Source of the DNA: the human T2T-CHM13v2.0 reference genome, Homo sapiens
Strand: one strand, 5' to 3'
Length of the DNA stretch: 64,000 nt
NCBI RefSeq assembly: GCF_009914755.1
Contig: NC_060931.1
Below are positions 41,066 through 56,056 of this stretch, piece by piece. The stretch's first letter is position 1. Every line of letters starts with the position of its first letter. The position numbers and the translations under genes were made by a program. The notes below the pieces were generated by a model. The model made no database searches. It saw only the letters and a program-made list of their open reading frames with translations, and was not told the origin of the DNA.

Positions 41066-43148
41066 TAATAAGAAACTAGAGAGGTGCCTTTAAATACAAC
41101 CTAACTAATATTATCCACTTGAAATAAATTTCACAATTTATTTAACTAAATTTATATTGTGCAGTTGAAGATGATTCTTTGACAAATAATGGTACACGTG
41201 ACAGAAATAATATGGCAATGAAGGATTATTTAAATCTCATCCTCTTGCTTTTTGCATGTTTTTCAGGTATATCAATTTTTGTTTTAAAAAAGAAAGTATG
41301 CTAGGAAAGAAGCGATCTATTCTAACTCTAAATACAATTAAATCCTAATTTCAACCAATTTGACTCTTGAGGCAGGAATGAAGATCCAATCAATAATGAT
41401 TCAAGAAAACCCCTCAGGAGTCTCAAGTCAAAGATTAATTTTCTATCTATTGGAACTATACTTTTGATACTGAATTACCTGGTTGCCTTCCCCTGGTAAC
41501 AAACTAAGAATTTCATTCATTTATCCAAAATGCATCTATAACATTTTTTGATATTTGTGTTAAACTTTTTTTGTTCAGTCAAAACAGGTTTTAACTCTAC
41601 CCTAACTGTATTTGTTTTTAAATGATATGAAGTTTAAAAATTACGAGTTAAGTAAAAGTGAAAAGAGAAAAAATCCTATTTGTTTTGGGTAGAAACAGGT
41701 AGAGGGAGAAATGAATGGATGTATACATAGCAAGTGTTACCAGTATTATTCCTGGCTTTGCAATTTTAAGAAATAACTTGTGCTTTCTGGTTTTTCCAAT
41801 AATACAATGAGAATATATTATATTTGTGATAAGAATAAACTATTAAGGTTTAAGTCTTTTCTATTAATATTATAAAGCTTGTCTTACATAAAAATTACTT
41901 CTGTTTCCTCTGAATCCTCTCACACTTAACAATTAGCAGTTTTAAATTCATCTTATGGAGGCTCTTGCTCTTTTAAATAACCATATAAATGGCTTTTAGA
42001 AATAACTTTAAAATAATAACGTACTTCTCAACTTGTAAAATCATGTATCAAGACTCCTTAAGGTACAATTGTTAAACATATTTTAAAAAAGAATAATAGT
42101 GCTATTTCCATGGTTCTCCTTTTCTAGTTTATATAAATTAAAATAACTTCATAAAAAGATGAGAATTTCTCAATTGAACTCATTTATTATCTTTAAGCTA
42201 CTGGAAACTACTGTTCCTTATACCATCATACTCCATGTCTTTACTTATCTTTATATATTATGGCAGTATATTTTTAATTGAAATACAGTAAATATTATAT
42301 ACAAAGGACCTGACTTTTATGAAAAAGGCTACTTAACACAGAATGTCTCATGTAGTAATTAACTATTTCAAATAAATTCTCCCTCTGAAACAAAGAATTC
42401 CAGTTCTTCAGAACACATACAAGAAAGAACATCTATGTCTCCTTCCAGTGTTTTCTTTTCAAAATATATCTTCTGAAGTCTACAGACCACCATATACAAA
42501 TGTGTACAGAGAAAATGAGCAAGTGGATTCTGAAATATATTCAAATGCATTTGATAAAACGAAACTGACACATGAAATGCATAATTCTCAGACTATTCTT
42601 CTCAATATAATTTCAGCTATTAAATAATAGATTAGATCACTCAGAGACAGAGATACAAGCTAATGTTGGATGAGGAGGTCATTCAATTTTACAACCAGTG
42701 CATATTAGCAAATTTAATTTGGAAAGTCATAATGATAATTCTTTGACAGGTACAAAAAGCTCTTGCAAATTTAACATATTTGTCTCACCCTTAGAACTGA
42801 TATTTATAAAAAGCATTGATTTTTAATATTTTGTTCTTTTTCATGTTAACTTAAAAAATATTCCTACTTATAGCAAAATATTCAAAAATTAAAGTCTATA
42901 TATTTTACCTAAATTGCAATGGAAATTTACTTAACTATTTTGCACAATTCAGATTTGCAAACTGATAAACTTTGCTTGCAATCATACTATGGCTACGTTT
43001 ATGTCCCCAGTTCTGTATTATTTTTGTGTGCCACAAAGTTGTAAAATAATTAGTTGATATAGAATAAAATGGCTCACTAAAACTCTCTATGGAAGTATCA
43101 CAATTTGTATTTCTATCTCACTAGTAAAGGAGTTAGATCAACAGTCTT

Positions 43149-43470
43149 GGCTAGGTCCAGTGGCTCATGCCTGTAATCCCAGCACTTTGGGAGGCCCAGG
43201 CTGGACAATCACTTCAGGCCAGGAGTTCAAGAACATCCTGGACAACATAGTGAGGCCCTCATCTCTACAAAAAATTTAAAAATGAGCCTGGCATCGTGGT
43301 ATGTTCCTATTATTTCCAGCTATTCAGGAGGCTGAGACATGAGGGCCTTGAGCCCAGGAGTTTGAGGCTGCAATGAGCTATAATTATGCTACTCCACTCT
43401 AGCCTGGGTGACAGAATGAGACTGTGCACGCACGCACGTGTGTCTGTGTGTGTGTGTGCATGTGTGTAGG
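43149..43470 (+). mobile_element. Alu (AluJ) with a (GCAC)n(TG)n microsatellite in place of the A tail
   Basis: ...acagaatgagactgtgcacgcacgcacgtgtgtctgtgtgtg. Confidence 0.9.
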
Positions 43471-43843
43471 ATCCTGTGTGATGAAACAAGCCTTGCATGC
43501 AATTCTCCAATATGTATGTATGTACGTATATTTTCAAATTTCAATCTCTAAATACATCCTGGTTTTTTGTAGTTTTTGTACAGTTGTTATTTACATTAGG
43601 GCTTGCAGCTTTTACAATACAGATATTACTGATTTTAGAATTTTTTAAAGTCTCGATTACTATCCTCAATATCAATTTTGGATATGTAATATGCCTTAAG
43701 GCATGGCATCACGGTCCAATGTAAAGCATTATCAAAGATAGGATGTGTTATATTTAAGGTGGACTTTCATACAGGCATCAAGTCTGAATATTCTGGCATA
43801 CTGGGATACTGGATCAACACTATGGATTAAAAAGTAAAGTTTA

Positions 43844-44141
<298 letters not shown>

Positions 44142-44297
44142 GAATGTTTAAACATTACTTTAAACATTACTTTTTAATATACAGTATTACATTACTCTGT
44201 TATGGCTAGTTCAGCATTGGAATTTAAGCATCCTGTGCTGCTCTGCTAATTAAAGATTGTTACCAGGTCTGACTCACACAGAGGAAAAGCCTTGTGA

Positions 44298-44605
44298 TTT
44301 TTTGTTTGTTTGTTTGTTTTGTTTTGAATCAGGATCTTGCTCTCTTCCCCAGCCTGGAGTACAGTGGCACAATCATGGCTCACTACACCCTTGAGTTGCC
44401 AACCTCCTACCTACCTCAGCCTCCAGAGCTGCTGGGACTACAGGTGCATTCCATCATACCCACCTAGGTTTTTTAATTTCTATTGTTCAGAGCCAGTGTC
44501 TTGCTATGCTGTCCAGGCTGGTCTCAAACTCCTGGCCTCAAATAATCCTCCTGCCTCAGCCTCCTGAGTTGCTGAGATTACAGGTGTGAGCCACCACGCC
44601 CATCT
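44298..44605 (-). mobile_element. Alu (AluJ)
   Basis: Reverse diverged dimer; TSD-like gaaaagc on both flanks. Confidence 0.9.
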
Positions 44606-47430
44606 TGAAAAGCTTCATTTTTGGTAAATCTCTTGGATCAATGAGAATGAAGACTCAACAGAATTGCAGGTGATGATGCCCAAATAAAGAATGAATAGAA
44701 AGAGGTGTGGAACTTTCATCCAGTCAGTTGTTCTAAGTCAAGTTGGAAGGCCAGGTTGAATATTAAATGATGAATCTAGTACAATGACAATAAGAACATA
44801 ACTGAGCCTTCTGATTTCATTGATTTAAGCTGCTATTTTCTCCTATGACTTAGAGAAGTATTTGGTAGATGAATAGATTTAGAAAGTGTATGAGTTGGAT
44901 GACACTGAATATGCACTTAAGGACTTACACATAATATTTGTACTTTTACTGAATCATAACAAAAAATAAAATTTTGAAATTATGTATTTAATGAATAGAA
45001 ATATTGTTCTTGCAAAAAAACATATGAGCTTAGGTAATATATTTGATGAAGAACAAATTATTTTATGGATTCAGAAGATTATGCCCATTCTTCAGGTAAT
45101 AAAAATATTGTAACTCCTTAGATTTACTCTGGAAAAACTGTAGCATTGATTCTTCAGAAGCAATTTATTTAACATACTAAGAAAAGAAAGTTTTAAAATT
45201 AACATGAAAAGTAAATTTATAACATCAGTGGCGAAAGAAAGGTGAAGAAACAATTCTAGTTTTTAAAGATTAGATTCAGTGTAAAGTCTTCATGTATTAT
45301 TCTACTAATAATTATGATGTATAAAAGAGAAGAAACAGTCTGAGATATGTAGATTTTGGGGAAAAGTGAAATCACAAAGCAGCTGAAATTGAGCAGTAAC
45401 AAAAAGAAAGTTAAAAAACACTGTAGGGAATATTAAAACAAAGAATATATAAATTTTCCAAATGACAGTGAAAGATAAATTAGAACTAAATTAAGTTAAA
45501 ATGCAATACTGATCCCTGCAATAACTTGTTTATTAAATTTAAAAGACAAAATTGACATTCTTCAAATAAGATTAAAGTCGCTGATGAGGATTATAATGAT
45601 GCATTCAAAAGATCTGAAATACAGAACCTGAGGACATCCTTGAAATAAAACTGATGTAATTTTAGTTTGCATGATGAATAAATTTAGTTTGCATGAATGC
45701 CCATGAATTGCCTATCACAAGACCTAGCAGGGAGTAAGGCGAGCCATTAGCAATACAATACAGTTGAGTATGATGGAAAAGAGTTGGAGGCTGATTTAAA
45801 TTCCATATGTAGTATGAAGTTTTCAAATATCCAGCATCAGAAAGGGATGTAATACAGTGCTACAAAAGTATACCCATATCTACACATTATATCTAAATAT
45901 GTAACCTATATTTTGGGAAGAGAGTGATATTTATCTTCTGCTCAAGGATTGTAAAAGGCACTATGTGATTTTTACAGAGTCTGAAAGTTCAACATAGCAC
46001 TCCCCATGGAAACCATGTAGTAGCATGCATTATATTATAAAAGGAAATGTTTTAAATGAAGTCATTCTACTTCTAAAAAATTAAAAGAATTTTTTATATT
46101 ATGATACACAAATATACTTTTCAAAATATTGCCAGGGCAAATGAGGTTTAAAACAACCTACCACCTTGAAAGGTACGAAGATCAATGATATTCTCTTGAT
46201 ACCTGAGGCAAAGACTGGCTAAAGTCATACAACTAAGATCTAATTTAAGAGATCACACAGTAGGACTCCAGGTTCCCACCATAAATGCCACTAATCCAGG
46301 ACGACTGGGAACCCATGTTTAAACCATCTTTGCAAAAGGAGCATGTGCCCAAGTGTGTAAAGCATTAAAAATATATCAGGACAGGCTTGAAAAATTTTGG
46401 AAAGCAGCCCCAAAAACATAAGGCAGAATTCTTAGAAGACACTGAGTCTAGTCTACCTTTTTATTGGTTTTATAGTTTCTCCCCCCAGTGATTCCTGAGA
46501 TGGCTACATTCCATACAGAGATGCACACATTAATTTTAAGATATTCATGGTAAACATCACTGGGAATACTGGATCAGATCAGCAGAAACTTAGGACTCAA
46601 AGTTTAACAAGCTTATACATCACCCACGTTTTATTTTGCCTACTGCAAGAACACTGTAACCTCACAACTGTCAATGATAAAATTAGTTGGATGAAATATA
46701 AGCCAAATGCATCAAAATTAAATACGGAGAGAATAATGGATAGATGTAATAAATTCAAATTTTAAATCAAAACTGTCTCCAAAATTTTACCCTTAAGTCT
46801 CAATTTACAGCAGCTCCTTCACAGGCCCTCTTCTTCCTCATAGGTGCCCACTGCCCAGGCAGCACAGCATGGTGACACAGTGTTCCAGCTCTGGATCATA
46901 CAGACTGCACTGCATTCACTTCCCTACTCTGACAAATCCAAAATGTGTAGCACTGGACAAGCAGCTTAAGCTCATTAAATTTTACTTGTTTTGCCTGAAA
47001 AATAAAATAATATATGTGCCACAAAGGGTTCTCGTGAATTGTAAATGATACATAAAGTTATAGTAATAGCTAGTATATATTATACATACTTATTCTATAC
47101 TAGGTAGTAAATAGACTAGGTAGTATGCTTTAAATGCTACCACTTAGTAGAGAATAAGCATATGTATATAAGCATATATCATACAATCAGTATATATATG
47201 TATATATAATATATGCTAGCTATTATTACCCAATCCAAACGTATCACATCAAAAATATTTAAACCATTTATTTTAGAAGCAAAAAGAACCAAAGCAATTA
47301 TGGATACAAAGCAATTAATATTCTACCTGTATGCCATCCTATTCAAGGATTCAATATTGGCCAACATCAAAAATTGAAATAAAGATTGCAAACTGTAAGG
47401 TAATTTTTTAAATGTTAGAAAAGAAACCTA

Positions 47431-48047
47431 TGAGGCAGGAGAATAGGGTTTAGAGGCAGGGAACCTAAGGCCAATTCATACTGATTTTCTAGAACTAAAT
47501 CAAAAGGAAAACTCAACTTTCCACACCCAAGTAACAAAAGGATCACAGACTACTTCCTTTGCAAAACCCTCCACCCTCTTCCCAGGGCAGAGGCAAAATG
47601 GAAAGTACCTCTGATTGGTCCCCTCCCACAACCAATCAGACTGGTCACAGTCTTTATTTGCATAGGAGTGTAACTTTGTAACTTCACTTCAGCATCTAAT
47701 TGGTCCCCTTCAGCAGCCAATCAGACTGACTGCAGGCCAAATCTTCTTCTGTAACTTCACTTTCAGCCTCTGATTGGTCACTTTCTGCAACCAATCAGAA
47801 TGGTTGTGGGCCTCTACTTCATTTACACAGAGTGTAAACCAAGTAAGCAACATGAAACCTCTAGAGTGTATTTAAACTCCAGAAAATTCTATAACTGGAG
47901 CTCTTGATCCACTTGCTCAAGCCCGCTCCTACTCTGTGGAGTGTACTTTTGTTTCAATAAATCTGTGTTTTTCTTTCATTGCTTTCTGCATTTTATCCAG
48001 TTCTTTCTTCAAAATGCCAAGGACCTGGACACCCTCCACCGGTAACA
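47431..48047 (+). mobile_element. MER51-family ERV1 solo LTR, 617 bp
   Basis: TG...CA termini (tgaggcaggagaatagg ... ccggtaaca); TSD CCTA at 47427-47430 and 48048-48051; multiple CCAAT boxes, TATA-like tatttaaa, AATAAA. Confidence 0.92.
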
Positions 48048-48844
48048 CCTAGACTCTGATTCTTTCTTCAATAATTAGACTTCATCAATGTTTGATACCT
48101 AAAAGTGTAAAATAAAAGTTACATACTATAAGACAGCTTTTTAAAAAAAAAATGCTAGAAAAGAAACCTAGATTTTTCCTTTTTCTTTAATAATTAGATT
48201 TCATTGCTGTTTGATGCATATCCCTACTAGCTTATTCTAGAACCAGGTTTATTTATTGCTATAAAGTAAAATATAATCATTAAAGATTGGGCACTGAAAA
48301 AGACATTTAGATAGGAGATTATGTTGGAATTAATTTTAATGTAGACAAGACTCTGCTGCTAAGAGGAAAATAAATAGCAACGTAAATATGCAAGGGAATT
48401 CAGCAGACTAGCCAAATGTCCCAGACAGGAGAAATTTTGAACATGATCAATAAAATAAAAAGGAGCAAATAAATCAACTCAATTTAATGACATGGGAATT
48501 CTAGGTTGAACTTACTTCATTTGAATTTTAGACAGATCTTGGAATTGGGTTAATAAGGCTTTGTAATGATCTGCTTTCTTTTTGCTTACTCTGGGAATTA
48601 AGAAAATAGCACAGTTTGCTGGCACAACTGAAGTCTTCTGAGGAATTTGCTTCACTAATCTTCAGGGAATTTAATGACTTATTGGGTCAGATGTCTTTTG
48701 AAACCTAAACTAGGAATCCAAATAAATTTCAAAACTAATGATAACTTGAATTTGGGTTTTCATAGATAATTGTTACATTGCTAGCTTTTTTTTCCCCTCA
48801 GTTTATTTTAACATCTACTTTTTCTTTAAAATCTGAATAAACAG

Positions 48845-48977
48845 AGCCAGAAATGATGGCAAGTGCCCGTAGTGCCAGCTACTCAGGAGGCCGAGGTGGG
48901 AGGATACCTTGAGGCAGGAGTTTGAGGCCAGTCTGAACAACATAGTGAGACCCTGTCTCTAAAATTAAAAAATAAAA
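48845..48977 (+). mobile_element. FLAM (free left Alu monomer)
   Basis: Single monomer ending gaccctgtctct plus an A-rich tail. Confidence 0.85.
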
Positions 48978-49269
48978 TTGAACATATGAAACCTATAATG
49001 ATATGAAAACAATCTTCCCCGTTTGTGTTTGCATTTTTAAAATGTGTTTTGAGCATTTAACTTTGCTTTGTATTTTGTGCATGCATTATCTTAAGGTTTT
49101 CATACAAAGATTAAATTCATGACAATAAAATGAAAAATATCTCAATATAATGCCCTTTCATTATTAACACATTCAGATACACAAACACGCTCCATTTGAT
49201 GCTAAGATCACTTCCACTTAAGTTGTAATGATATTAATAATTAATGTTTTTCACAATTACATTCATTAA

Positions 49270-49505
49270 CATTTCTAGACTGCCCTCTATGATCCAGGAA
49301 ATGGTCTGTATGTTTTATATGTGTTAATCTAATCTTTATAATAACTGAGGTTGCTATTACTATCACCTCCATTTTAAAGACCAAATAACTAAAAAGCAGA
49401 GAGATTATGTGATCTTGCCAATATCACCCAGAAATGGCAGAGCTAAGATTTGAATCTAGCTAGCACTCCAGTATATAATCTCAATTATCACACTCTATTG
49501 CCTCT
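49270..49505 (-). mobile_element. MIR SINE
   Basis: ctccattttaaaga...cttgccaatatcacccag aaatggcagagctaagatttgaatctag. Confidence 0.7.
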
Positions 49506-49795
49506 ACTGTATAACAAGGCATACAGCAATTGTACATGTATGCCTTGTTATTTAGAAGAAACAAAAATAGAGTTTCATGTAGAAGTATTTGGAAATAAAA
49601 CATTGTCTCTATCTTAAAAGACTTAAGCAACAGATGACATGATTCATTATACTATTTCTCTCTTCTGTATATTTAAAATCTTTTTCCTGATAAAAATAAT
49701 CTTACATTGAAACATTATGCTCATTTGAATGATGTAGGCTCTTTGGAAATAAAACTCAACTTTTTTTTATTAATACTATATGTAGAATAAGAAAG

Positions 49796-50213
49796 TGAAA
49801 TCCGCCCAATTTCCTCAAAGAATTAATGTCTGCAGTGTTTTCGAATAAACACAAAAATTGACCCAGCTGGTCTTAAAGCTTGAAACTTGTATTTATCTTC
49901 TCTGAATTCCTTTCTCAGGAAACCAACCATCAGGCCTCCAAGGAACTGAAACTCACCAAATCACCACATTCAGACAATGAGACACCAGACCCTCTCCTAA
50001 TTCCTGTTTTTCCTGCATATAGCTACATTCCTTTCATGCTATATAAACCTCCAATTTTAGTCAGTTGAGTAGACAGATTTGAGACTTATCTCCCATCTCC
50101 TCAGCTGCAACACCCAAATAAAGCTTTCTTCCCTGGCAATATTCTTTGTCTCAGGGGCTGGCTTTCTGTGCATCAAGCAATGGGACATAGACTGAACCCC
50201 TGGTGTTTTGTTA
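49796..50213 (+). mobile_element. LTR26-like ERV1 LTR with internal deletions
   Basis: tgaaatccgcccaatt...ttcctttctcaggaaaccaaccatcaggcctcc...gctatataaacc...aataaagc...gaacccctggtgtttt. Confidence 0.8.
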
Positions 50214-51133
50214 AAAGAACTTGGTTCTGATGGAAGAATATAATACGCCTGAGTTCATGTTTCACAAATATTCACACTTGAAACCAAATATCTTGATACT
50301 TACATCACTTGTAGTAATTACAGACAAATATTCTAACTGCACTGCTTATTCTCCAATTTCAATTAATTTTGGACCTAGGGAAACTACATTGTCTGTTTTA
50401 ACTCTCCTCTTAGTCCTGATGGCTGTCCCCAGGGACAAAACAGAGAAGATGAGACAACACTGTCCACTGCCACTCTCATCTGCATCCAATCCCATTAGAT
50501 GAAATTAAGGAAGCAAATGTCTATCTTAAACATTAATTCAAATATCATCCATAGTAAAAGCTAGCTTTATTATTTCCTCTCTTCATTTTGCTTCCACTAA
50601 CCTTGAAGCAAAATTAACATTTTCATTTCCACCACGCTTACAATATAGCACCACTTTAAAAGGTGAACACATCTTCACAAACACTATGAAAATATGGGTA
50701 TACAAATTTAACAAGCATTATTTCAGCAATTACTGTATACTATAAAATAAACTAAATATTATTTCTACCTCAAATCACTAAAACTTTAGTAGAGAAGATC
50801 AAACCCTGTACACATATTCTATTGTATAAGGTATTATACCATTAAAGCCAAAAATGCATTACAAGTTGCTTAGAACGCTCATAGGAAGGACTACCATTTG
50901 CTACCTACAAAAAAACAAGGAAGGTTTAAAGAGAGTTATTATTTAAATTGGGTTTTTAAGTAAAGCACTTGATTGGAGGAATTGTATGGTATCATGATCA
51001 GGTAATTAGCATGATTAGTCATGTTAATATTATCTAGGATAAGTTAACTGGACACAGCAAAGATTTTCTTACATATCCAGTAAGGCCATATGTGCCTTCT
51101 ATCCTTCCATGAGAATCACGGCTCATCCAATAA

Positions 51134-51478
<345 letters not shown>

Positions 51479-53998
51479 GCTACCTGTGTTTTTAAGTTTC
51501 AAGAGGAAAATCTGTTTAAATGACTAAAGCCATAATTTTTATATTATACAATCGTAAGGAGACATTAATTCTATACTTAATTTCAGCCACTGCTTTAGCT
51601 AAACCTGGCTGTATTTATTTTATAGCCACAAGGTGAATATAAATAGCATTGCTCTAAGTGGAGGAACGTAGATAACTATAAAATGCCCTTGAGGAATTGT
51701 CTTATACCAGAGTCCTTGAAGAGCATAAACTTTCCCACAAACTGACTAATTCGGATGCAGCTAATAGAAAGCTTTCACTCTAAAGGAAGCATTGATCAAC
51801 TTTAAATACTTGTTTTACCTTGGAGGCCATGCATCATCATTATAATGAACAAAATCAATAGATTACACTCGAATGTATCCTTCTTTCTACACAAACATGA
51901 TCCTGGTGCTACACCAGCCTAATAAACACGAAAGAACAGTAGAAATCAGGAAATTCCAAATTTTGTCCTGATGCCAACATGTACTAATCTCATGACCTTC
52001 TTTGTATGATTTACTTCTATTATGAAGGCTGCTACTACTTCATCTCTACTCATATCCCATACTCCCCTCCCCTGCCCCCACGTTCCCCTGAATGCTGGTG
52101 TTCTGAGGAGTCTATCTTGTATTGTCTTAAGGTATTTTTTTTAATGTTGTGTAGATGTGTGAAGCAGGCTGAAAGTAGACAATAAGGAGTAGTGGCATTA
52201 CAGCAGGCTGCAGAATATGTTATATCCAAAGGTATTCAAATTCATTTTGTTTTTAGCTTTGTGTAAGCATGCCAAAATTTATCTGTAGATGAATCTGGCC
52301 TTACTATATATGTAACTTCACACTTGCTCAGGAAATTTCAGCCACTTGTTTTCAAATTCCCCTCATAAGCTAAACATAAAACTCTATTCTAGGCCACTCT
52401 CCTAAGCAACCAAACTAAATACTTAGCTGCCTACTAGAAATCTCCTCTTGAATATCCTTGAGCAAGTTTTTGGTATAAATGTTCTTGACTTTTAAAAATC
52501 TTTGTCTGAAACACTGCAGGCCTTCCAAATCTACAATTATATACAGATTTCTTGGCAGACCTGAATGTTTCCTTCCATTAAATCCTTGATGATTATATCT
52601 GATACATGTGCTTTGACTTGATCTCTGGGAAGACAGGACTTATGAATACACCTATGAATTCTGACCTTCATATTTATTAACTTTGTTCCCACATTTTTTA
52701 CTTTTCTGGCATTTGAAGAGTACTTCTCAAACTTATTCTGAGGATTATTGATAAACAATTCACATTGTCAAATTTGTTAGTTTCTCCATTGAGAATTTTG
52801 TTTCAGTGGTTTTCATTTTGATGGTTTTAGTCTACTTTTTATAGATCATTGACTCTTTCTTTGGGGACAGTAAGCATATATTCAATGTTGTTTTTCTGCC
52901 TGACATATCTGAAGTAATACTATCTTAGAGAAGAATTTTCCTCTGTGTCTTTAATACTTACTTTACTGTTACTGAGTATCTCATGGATTTCTCCATTGAC
53001 TGGATTTTACTTTATTAGTCTTAAATGAAGAAAGGCCTATCTAGTCTCAAGACTGGGAAGTAGTCTTTCTTCCCCAAGTGTTTGTCCTTGGTGCTGTCAT
53101 ATTTGTAACTACAGAAGTGCTAATGATATAAAACATTTGGTCCTGCCACTGGTCAACAATAGGGCAAGCGTTTTCTTCAAGGTATGTATTTCATTGCCAA
53201 TCCTCTAGATTATAGAGACCTACACAAGTCTGGACTAAGGTTGGGATAGTAGGGAAAGGATCTCTCTAAAAATTAAAGTATGGGGAAGTAATTCTAGAAT
53301 ATAACTATGACGTGTTCTTAAACTATACTTCAGAACATTCCTTTTACAGTTGTGTGAAATGAAGCTTTAATATGAACTTAGATTTATTGGGAAAGAAAGT
53401 TTGAGTGATTACAATGTGTACTCGATATTGTAAGAGTTACATCAGCTGCTATAAGTGCATAAGAGCTGCTCTCTGGGAACTTATACTCTTGAGGGACCCT
53501 AAGATAATAATTCACAAAGATTGGCTGTGCCTTCAAGAAGGAGAAACTTTCATTTCACTGCCAAACATTATATGTTCCGCTTAGGGAAGTTACTGGTAAA
53601 GTTTCTGCACGGTATTAAACATCAAAAAAAGAGTCAGTAATAAGTGACAAAGATCTTGACAATGGAAAAAGATATATGAATATAATGTTTATAAATTTAT
53701 ATAATAATGTATCATAATTAAATGCATTTAAAATTTATAATCATAAAATGAGATAATTTCAATAGCTCTTAAGAACATATTTGAGACCAATGTCTAAACT
53801 TAGATGATTGTATTAGAGCAGTGAAAGGAAATGATTGATATGAGTACTAGGAAATCCTGGAAATGATCACTAATCTACTAGTCTTAGGAGTTGGAAAACA
53901 AATCATCTCCAGCAGAACTGGTGAAAAAGTTAAAATAACCAGAGCCTCAGGATTTATAATCTTTTAGTTATACCCAGGAGGTATAATATTTAAAATAG

Positions 53999-54349
<351 letters not shown>

Positions 54350-54354
54350 AGCTC

Positions 54355-54800
54355 TTATAAACTAAATTTGTCCTAAGGTTACATTTGTATTTTGAATTTC
54401 TTTACAGTAAACTGCAGCCTAACTTAGTATGTTAACAAACTGCAACCTACTTTAAAAGTATATTCTTGTAACTAATAACTGAGTCTCAGCTAATCATAGC
54501 AGCTGAGTTTCAGCCAATCACAGGCTGCCCACTGATCAGATTATGTCCACAGAAGGCAAATGCTACATATGCCCAAGTAAGGTAAATGCCCAGCTATCAC
54601 CATGCCCAAGTAAGGTAAATGTCCAGCTATAACCAATCAAGCTGTTTCTACACATCACTTCCTTTGTCTGTCTATAAATACTGCCTGGCCATGTTGCTGG
54701 GTGGGGCTCTGTCCTAATTTTGAGTACTGCCTGATTCATGAATCATTCTTTATACAAATAAACTCGGGTAAATTTAATTTATCCATAATTTCTTTCAACA
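54355..54800 (+). mobile_element. MER57/LTR54-group ERV1 LTR with internal 33-bp tandem duplication (54569-54634)
   Basis: taaactaaatttg...actgcagcctaacttagta...agccaatcacagg...tataaata...aataaactc...caaca. Confidence 0.8.
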
Positions 54801-55559
54801 GCCCTCGGATATTAATCCCCATTGAAACATACTGAGGACTAAATTTATTAATAATGTTATCCCAGCAGTTAGTATGCCAATTAGCCCCACTGTTTTATTA
54901 GTTGATGTAGACGTATGAGATTGTAAAGTTACATTTTATAATCTCAAATGACAAATTTTTAATGAAGAATATGACATTGTAGAATTTGAACAATAAAAAT
55001 ACATAGCTAAACTAGCATGTATAAAAGTGAGAGCAAAGAACAGTGATAGTAGCCAAATTCAAACAAAAACAATGTGATGATATGATTTGTGAACACCTGA
55101 TATATAAAATACCAGCCAACGCATATATAAAGTTGTAAACAAAAGATCCAATTAAATCCACCCTGTACTGCAAAACTTTTGGTGAGGGTGAGTAAATTTC
55201 ATCATCCATAGGAGTCTAACTTCATGAGATAAGTAACAATCTTTTTTTAAAAAAAATGTAAATACTGAAACTTGTTAACTAGAATATCAAAGTACAACAT
55301 GTATTTACAGTTCTTGACTTTCACTGTAATATAGTAAATATTTCTATTGCAGAAAACAATTTGATCATTAGTTATCAAAATGCATTAGGAGATATTAGAA
55401 AAAACTCAGTACAGCACCCAATTTTATATTCATTTTACTATAGAAAAATTATCTCCCCCAAAGGGTTTGATTATATTTAAAAGATAATAGTCACTCAGAT
55501 GAATGAGTAGAGTGTTTGCACTAACTTTAATATGTCAAGAAGAACAAATTGAAGATATG

Positions 55560-56056
55560 TGCAGAAACTGCTAATTAATGATCTCTCAATTACTATCCCT
55601 TCTCTCTTTAGTAATGTAACTCTACATGTTAGTTGGGTATGTACACATGGGTCAAGGGTTGGGAGGAAAAGTACTCCATATCCTCTTGCAACAAGGCAAG
55701 GCTGGTCACTAAGTTGTGGACAATGGGCACACATAGAAGTGATGTATGCAAACTCTGAGACATGCCCCTAAAGGCAAAGGGCATGTCTCCCATTGTCACT
55801 TGCCTCTCTCCTCTAATCTAGAACGCAAAAAGAATCATGGATATTGGAACACCGATCTTGGAGCACAACATGGAAGAGCTACACTGAGGAAAGCAGAGAA
55901 TGGGGAGAAGAACCTTGAGGGCTGGAAAGACAGGGAGTTGCTGTATTAGCCAGTGTATCCAGAATGTTCCTAGAGAGGAATCAACTTCTGTCTAATTTAG
56001 GCCACTTTTACTTTAGGTATCTCTCTAACAGACAAACTGATATACTAATCAATACA
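55560..56056 (+). mobile_element. MaLR LTR (MLT1J-like)
   Basis: ggtcactaagttgtggacaatggg...agaagtgatgtatgcaaact...ttaggccactttt...ctaatcaataca. Confidence 0.65.

Noticed and set aside
44840-45620. Faint resemblance of the relic's peptides to HAUS3 (LEKYL motif)
   Set aside because: Too little similarity to name; left unassigned
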